NCBI GenBank assembly: GCA_000826855.1
Contig: JTLS01000105.1
Coordinates: 1-55,807 of the forward strand
DNA from: Basidioascus undulatus
Lineage: Eukaryota
DNA length: 55,807 bases
Reading direction: 5' to 3'
A model generated the notes under the pieces. That model was not told the origin of the DNA, made no database searches, and saw only the letters and a list, made by a program, of their open reading frames with translations. Of the stretch, positions 49,095-55,807 are shown piece by piece; positions within the stretch are counted from its first letter, which is position 1, and every line of letters starts with the position of its first letter. A program made the position numbers and the translations under genes.

Positions 49095-51050
49095 ATGGTT
49101 AGCAGGCTCTTGTGCTCACCCATACACTTAGGCTGATGCTCCTGTGTGCGCAGTTCGGTGGCTACCCAGACGACAACGGCGGCGGCGGCGGCTTCGGCGG
49201 CTCGGTCCTCAATCACCTCGCAGGCCAGCTGAGCGGAGGGGTTGGGTACGGCGGGCATGCATTTGCCCGTCCGCCTGCGAGCGCGTACGATGACTACTTC
49301 AGGGGTACGTACGGGCGAGATCGGCGAGGTGTGGGAGGCGGGGCTGATCGACGGGCGGACTTGCAGCGTACTCGGTGGCGCTCTTGCCGGGAAGGGAGAG
49401 GCCGGAGCTTTCGTATGGTGGGAAGAGTGAGTATCCCACTCAATGCTTGCTCTATGGGCGGTAACTGATCCCGACGAGTTGCCAGTCATCATGCCCCCGT
49501 CCGCGCTCGCCAAGCTCAGTGCGTCCCTTACCCCTTCTCGCGCTGTCACGCGCCATCGCCCTCAGCTCACACGCCATATCTCACTTCAGCTTCGCTTGAG
49601 ATCGAGTCGCCTTGGATCTTCGAACTTTCCGCGCCCCAGAAGCGCGGCGTCAAGACGCACGCGGGTGTGCTCGAGTTTATCGCGGAGGAGGGACAGGTGC
49701 ACTTACCGGCATGGGTACATCTCCCGCTCCTCAATCTCACATGCATGTCGGGCGCGAGGATATAACCGCGCTGGGTACGTGCGAACAGATGATGCGCACT
49801 TTGGCACTCAACGAGGGCGACCCGATCCGCATCAAGGGCTCCCGCCTGCCGAAGGGCAAGCTGGTCAAGCTCCAGGCCCAGACGGCCGACTTCCTGGAAA
49901 TCTCGGACCATAAGACTGTGTACGTTGACATTTCTCACTTGGTCTGGCTTGGTTCGGCGCTCTTGGGCTTATCGGAGTGCGGGTCGGCTCGCCAACAGGC
50001 TCGAGAAGGCGCTGCGCAACTTCTCTACGCTCACCAAGGGCGACATCATCGAGATCCTGCACAACTGCATCACATTTGAGATCCTTGTCATGGACATCCA
50101 GCCGGAGGGAGACGCGATCTTCATCGTCGACACAGATCTTGAGGTGCGTCTTCTGCCGCTGCTGTTCGGCTGCCTTTCCCAAACATCTCACGATTCCCTT
50201 CCCATTTTCCCAGGTCGACTTCGCCACTCCCAAGGGCTACGTCGAGCCCACTCCCGTACCCAGAGCGCCGCCGTCGACTATGGCGTCCAAGCTCAACATC
50301 GACACCGCATCGACCGAGGCAACGCCCGTGCCCTCGCGGCCAGGGTCGACTGCCCCGGACTTTGAGGCGTTCCGCGGTGGCGGGCAGACGCTCGGCGGGC
50401 GGAGAACGAAGGGCAAGGGTAAGGCGAAGAAGATCGATGATGTTGACGAGCACAGCAAGATCATCCGGACCGAGTGCGTTCCTGCTCCGTTGCTCGTCGG
50501 CCGCTCTTTTGCTGATTCGGGATGGCCACGGACAATAGCAAAGTCCTTCAGGTTACCGCCGAGACGCTCGACGACGGCCGCAAAGTTCCCGCGGCGCTCA
50601 ACCTCCCCTTCGGGAAGCTCTTCTTCGGCTACCAGGTCGCTCCCCTTGGCGGTCACCCGACCGAAGCGCCCGCTGTACGTTTCCGCCTCCCATCTTTACC
50701 CGACCTCCTGATGCTCATTACTTCATGCCCCTCATCTTCAGGCCCCTGAAGCTTTCTCCGGCTCCGGCGTGACGATGTCCGGCCGCCGTGCGCGCCCGCG
50801 CAGCCCTCCCCCAGCATCCGCATCTGAGCCCGCGCCCGAGCCCGCGCCCTCGTCTGGCCCCGTTCCCGGCGTGCCGAAGCCTGCGCAGCAGGAAGAGACG
50901 AACGGCGACCCGTGGGCCAGGCTCGGCAGCGGCAACTCGCTCACGGCCAGGTCGGCTGCGCCGTCCAGGCCGACTGGGAGCGGGAGCGGGAGCGGCGGCG
51001 GGACGGGCAGGAAGGGAGGTGGGGAGGTGATCGATATCGACTCTGATTGA
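49095..51050 (+). CDS. UFD1: Ubiquitin fusion degradation protein Ufd1 (Cdc48/p97 cofactor)
   Basis: IMPPSALAKL, THAGVLEFIAEEG, LPKGKLVKLQAQ, LEKALRNFSTLTKGD, DTDLEVDFATPKGY, PAALNLPFGKLFFG and SHP-box-like FRGGGQTL / FSGSGVTM. The first coding exon is ATG alone. Confidence 0.96.
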
Positions 51051-51234
51051 GGCGGTGTATGATTGAGAGGCGGTGTAGGGAGCAGGAGGGGGACCGAGAG
51101 CTCGACGTGTTCCGCATTTACATGTTCTCGCATTGACGTTATCGCTGTGCTTGTTGGACTGTGCGCTTGTGGTTGCCTCTTTCGACGCCTTGGTGATATC
51201 TGCTACTTGAACACCTTTTCCTTGTTCAACAACC

Positions 51235-54200
51235 ATGTTCGCGCGAGCAGCGCACCAATCCACAACAGCGAGAAAGTTAATCGACGAACCTGAGCAGAAA
51301 TCAGGCCACGCGTCGGCTGCGCGTCCTCGTCGCGTTCGATCCAACCAGCCTTCCTCACCTACGTCCACCCTCGCCATCGGCTCGCAGCTTGACCACCGTA
51401 CACATCCGCCACCAACTTTACACACACCACTCCAGCCCAATTTATAGGAAAGCGCGCACGGGAAGTGCGCTGGCGGCGGCGTGGTCGACGTCGAGTGAGT
51501 CCTCTGGACCGGGTCGCTCGACCCTCTATCGACACCTACCGCCGGTGGCCTGCACCTCGCACGCATATGACTGGAGACGGGAACATAGAACGGTGAGCAT
51601 CTACACGCACTCATGTGGGGTACTCTTTGCGAGGGTTTAACGGCGAACGGGTGCGGTCTCGACAGCGCTCCTCCCAAACGGAGGAGACGGCCTCGGGGGA
51701 CGGTGGATTGCTACTATGTGCTGAATAAGAGTAAGTCCCCGTAATTCTCACGTATTCTGTACATTTGGACTGAGCGGAGCATGTGAGCGACCAGTGTTCG
51801 GCAAAGAGGATTTCAGACCGGGCCAGAAAGAAATCGTGGACGCGGTCGTGCAGGGACTGGACGTGCTAGTGGTGGCGCCGACGGGGATGGGGAAGGTACG
51901 TCTTGGGTGGCATGGTGAACCTTGTTCTCGACGTCGATTCACGTTGGATCGTCTCTCTGTACAGAGTCTCTGCTTCCAGGTCCCCGCACTCGCTGAGGAG
52001 TTCGGAGTCACCATCGTCATTTCCCCGCTCCTTGGTGCGCCGGTACAAACTCTTGGTCGAAGGTAGGCATGCTGACGGCAGAGGTATACAGCACTCATTC
52101 AAAACCGTGCGTCCTGTACCGCCCGCTGAGATGCCCTAACGAGCTGACGATTGTGCGGACCTTTTCAGAGATCGCCGCCCTTCGCGCTCTCAACCTCCCT
52201 GCCGTCGCCCTGTCCTCGTCGTGCACGCCGCAGCAGACCGCGGCGGTACGTGAATCACGTAGACGTGCTACGTTATTTCTTCGATTCTTACCGTAGCTTC
52301 TTGTCCACGAGCAGATCTTCAAAGACCTCGGCTCGGCACACCCGCACAACCGCTTGCTATACAGTGCGCAGGGAACGTTGGCGTGCTCCTCGCGACACAC
52401 GCTGATATCCGCCGCTCCACAGTGACGCCGGAGCGGTTTTGCTCGAGCGAGTTCAAGAAGATCATCAATCTGACGGCGGAGCAGGGCCAGCTCAACCGGC
52501 TGGTCGTGGACGAGGTGAGCCTGCATTGCATGCGCGACGTGAAGTATCTCTGGACTGACTATTTCCGCTACGTCGCAGGCACACTGCATCTCAGTAAGTG
52601 AGCTTCATCCTCGCTTGAGCTACGAAGTGCTAACAAGCTAAGGAGCGCAGGAGTGGGGACATGACTTTCGGAAAGGTTTGTCGCTGCAAGCACCGTTCAG
52701 GAGCTGTTTACTAATCCAAACCACAGAATACCGCAAGCTGGCATACCTGCGCAAGTCCTATCCCAACATCCCGATCATGGCGCTTACCGCCTCGGCGACA
52801 GACACGTAAGCCTTTGATGTCCTGCGAGTTACGGGTGTGAAAGCGCTCACACTGTTGGCGGACTATAGCGTCCAGGACGACATCTTCGTCAACCTCTGCA
52901 TGGACGACGAGTTGTTCGCCAAGTTCGTCAGGCCAGTCGACCGCCCCAACCTCTTCTACGAGGTCCGTTTCGTATTGCCATGTAGCGAGCGTCCCACTAG
53001 CTTCACGAGTTGACCTATGCCAAGCAGATCCGCTACCGCACGGAAAACATCGCATGGCAAGAACAGGATATTCTGGCGTTCATCGGTAAGCCCTCCGTTC
53101 CACCTCCAAACACCCGCTCTAAACAGGATCGCCTAGGCGGTCTCCATCGTCGGGCACTTCAAAGGAACCCGACGATGTGCGAGGACCTCGCGCGCGCCAT
53201 CTCGGGCGTCATCTACTGTCGGACCCGGAAGACATGTGAGGAACTCTCTGACTTCCTTCGCAAGCACGGCATCAAGTCCGCGCCGTTCCACCGCGGCCTG
53301 TCGCAGAGCAAGAACGACACGACAATGGAGCGCTGGCTCCGCGCTGACGAGTTCGCTCTCCAAGGCCGCACGAGGATCGACGTGATCTGTGCCACGATCG
53401 CCTTTGTCCGTACTGCTCCTATTCAGACAGCACGAATTCTGCGGCTTACAGGCACGATGGGGTGCAGGGCATGGGAATCGACAAGCCGAACGTCCGCTAC
53501 GTTATTCACTGGGACCTCCCAAAGTCTTTCGAAGGTACGCGAGCGCCTTTTGTATCATATTGCCCGTCCGACGTTATTTCCATATGCTCCAGACTACTAC
53601 CAACAAACCGGTAGAGCGGGGCGGGACAACCTCGTGGGCTCTTCGGATAATGCATGCCTCTTTCCAATTCTCGGTCACTGACAGCGACGCGCGGCGCCTT
53701 GAAGGTATCTCGCTGCTTACTCTACTACTGTGCGTCCGCCAGACCACATCTCCCTGCACCCGTCCAACTGACGCTTGAGTGGTACAGCCCGCGAGGACAC
53801 CGTCAAGGTCGGGTCGCTCGTGCAGCAGCAACACACACGCCGCGCGAACCGGGCAACCCATGGGTTCCCGGTCAGCCAGCGGGCGCCCAACAGCTTCAGC
53901 AAGGTGTGTTCTCATCAGGCATCTTGATTGTGAGTCCAGGAGGAGGGGAAACTGAAAATAGAACAACCTCAACAGCTCGTCGAGTACTGCGAAAGCTCGG
54001 AACACTGCCGACACAGCGCGATCTGCGAGGTATTCTTTTTCCCATTCCTATGCTACATTCGAACGGTGCAACAGTGCTTATGGAGGTCCGCCACAGTACT
54101 TCGGCCAAACTTTGAAGCCGGACGAGGTCGATGCACAGTGCGGCAGCATGTGCGACGTACGCATGATTCCTTTCTCACCAGTGGTTCGAAGGATCCTGAA

Positions 54201-55531
54201 CATCTGGTTGCCATCAGATCTGCAAGCACCCGGACAAGGTCAAGGCGCGCATCGCGGTACTATCGTCACACGAGCTCGTGTCGACGCAGACGTCGCGTCT
54301 GCAGAAGGAGGTGCAGGGCTACGACGTGGACGACTACAACAGCGACGACGACGTTGGCCGGCACGACAGCGCGGTCTTCCCCACTTCCACGCAACGCGGT
54401 GCGGGACCGCCACCTCTCAAGCGAACTCGCCCTGAGTCGCCGCCTCGCCCTCCGCCGCCTCCAGAGCCGTATCGGCCCCCGCCGGGCGAGCGTCGCCCGC
54501 GTCCAGATCCAGTCCAGCATCGCCTTCGCCAACAAGATGCTGGCCCAAGCCGCGCTATGCCGCCTCCAGAGCTGCCTTTCGCATATCGCGGTAGCTCTTC
54601 AGGTGATGTTGGCCGCTACGTTCCATAATCGCGTGCGCACTTCTGACGCGGCCACTTTGACAGGACGTCCGGGCTCGGCTGGCACTCCGCCGGGATCGGT
54701 CGCCGCCCGCCCGCGTCGATCGTCCCACAAGCCTTTCCGTACGCCTTTCAAGGCCACGTCACAGCAGGCCGATGAGCCCGAACCGCCGGACAATTATCGG
54801 CCGAGCAGCAGGCGGCCTTCCGGCTGGGATCGCGACCCCCACATGGAGCCCAATCCCAGCTGTTTGTCCTCGCGTTCCATTTGGATCGAGAAGTACGCTA
54901 ATGGTCCGCAACAGCGTCTCCTCCGTCGGTAGACGTTCAGGTCCAGGAGCTCCTCTCACGCAATATCCCGGTTCGTCTGGATGCCCGAAACATCGGCGAG
55001 GATGCACGGCTCAGTCATCCAACAGCTTGAGACAAGGAAGCAGAACGTCGCTGTCTTCTGCAAGCATCTGGCGAAGGTGCTCGAGGTCGGCAAGTACTGC
55101 ATCGACGTCTTGGGACCGAGCTCAGCATGGGGCGGACTCGACTGCGAGCATGCGTCACCCGAGGAGAGGTGAGGCTGCGCCACTCCTTCCCCAAGAGAGC
55201 CTGAACTCACATGGAGCACAGATATCGCATCGTCGTAGAGGCCGCAGTTGAGATCGAGCATGGCCTGATATGGCTATGGTGAGGCGAAACCGCTGCCGTG
55301 GCCCAATCCGCTGCTTTCCTGACTTTACGGTTGGGATGGGACGGTAGCATGGACGTCGCCGCCTACCTCGAGCTTTGTTCCAGGCGCATCTCCACCCTGA
55401 AACATCTAGACAAACACTCTTTCTCGACGGACGAGCCCGAGGAAGAGGATGTTGCGGAGGTGGTCAGGGTTGTTCGACGGCAGTGCCGGATGTGGGAGGC
55501 CCGTATGGAGGAGCGAGCTGGGGGAGTATGA
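51235..55531 (+). CDS. RecQ-family DNA helicase (start codon uncertain)
   Basis: FRPGQKEIV, PTGMGKSLCFQVPA, VISPL, VTPE, VVDE/AHCIS/EWGHDFR, MALTASA, DRPNLFYE, GVIYCRTRKTCE, ATIAF/GMGIDK and YYQQTGRAGRD, plus the Zn-binding CRH...YFG...CGSMCD.C. No obvious HRDC. Confidence 0.93.
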
Positions 55532-55807
55532 GCGGGGTGTAGGGATTATGAGAGTGGTAGCTGAGCGCTCATCTTGACACTGTCATTGGCATCATACATC
55601 GGATGCCATCGCAGTTGGGACGTACGGCAACTTGGAGCCGCCGTGGCTCAACCGTGCCGGTAGGCGTTCTGCCAGCGACGCGCCGAAATTCCTAGCTCTT
55701 CGTAGGTTTCCATGTTTTAGCGAATAGGAAGAGTCCACCTGAATTCATAGTTTTCTCCTGTTGCGTCGCTGCGTGTTTTCAAAAGGCTATTGGGCTTGGG
55801 AGGGGGT

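Noticed and set aside
21364..51050. Apparent proteostasis cluster (CDC123, PRE2, F-box, UFD1)
   Set aside because: The genes are dispersed among unrelated genes over 30 kb, which is consistent with chance without synteny data.

Overview
Eukaryotic, GC-rich, very intron-dense fungal DNA. The short GT-AG introns, CTRAC/CTAAY branch points, micro-exons and gene content indicate a basidiomycete. The six-frame ORF track is mostly shadow ORFs, so genes were rebuilt by reading exons by eye and boundaries are approximate. Apparently intact genes: a small conserved membrane protein, an Hv1-like voltage-gated proton channel directly downstream of an Nha1/Sod2-type Na+(K+)/H+ antiporter, an HSL-family alpha/beta hydrolase, a DHA2-type MFS transporter whose ATG appears split by an intron, a single-C2H2-finger protein, CDC123, PRP24/SART3, a Con-6-like protein, proteasome beta5 (PRE2), an OM14-like protein, an F-box protein, UFD1, a RecQ helicase and several small orphans. 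Between them are at least six decayed genes: a NimA/PNPOx-like flavin-binding protein, a Zn-dependent alcohol dehydrogenase, an F-box/LRR relic, a rhamnogalacturonan lyase (PL4) 3' relic invisible in the ORF track, and two oppositely oriented GNAT-plus-ankyrin paralogues flanking the F-box gene. I saw no rRNA, tRNA, CRISPR array or intact transposon. I cannot demonstrate a new biological system. The best leads are the Hv1-Nha1 pair, the GNAT-ankyrin/F-box/GNAT-ankyrin block, the split start codon and the selective gene erosion.
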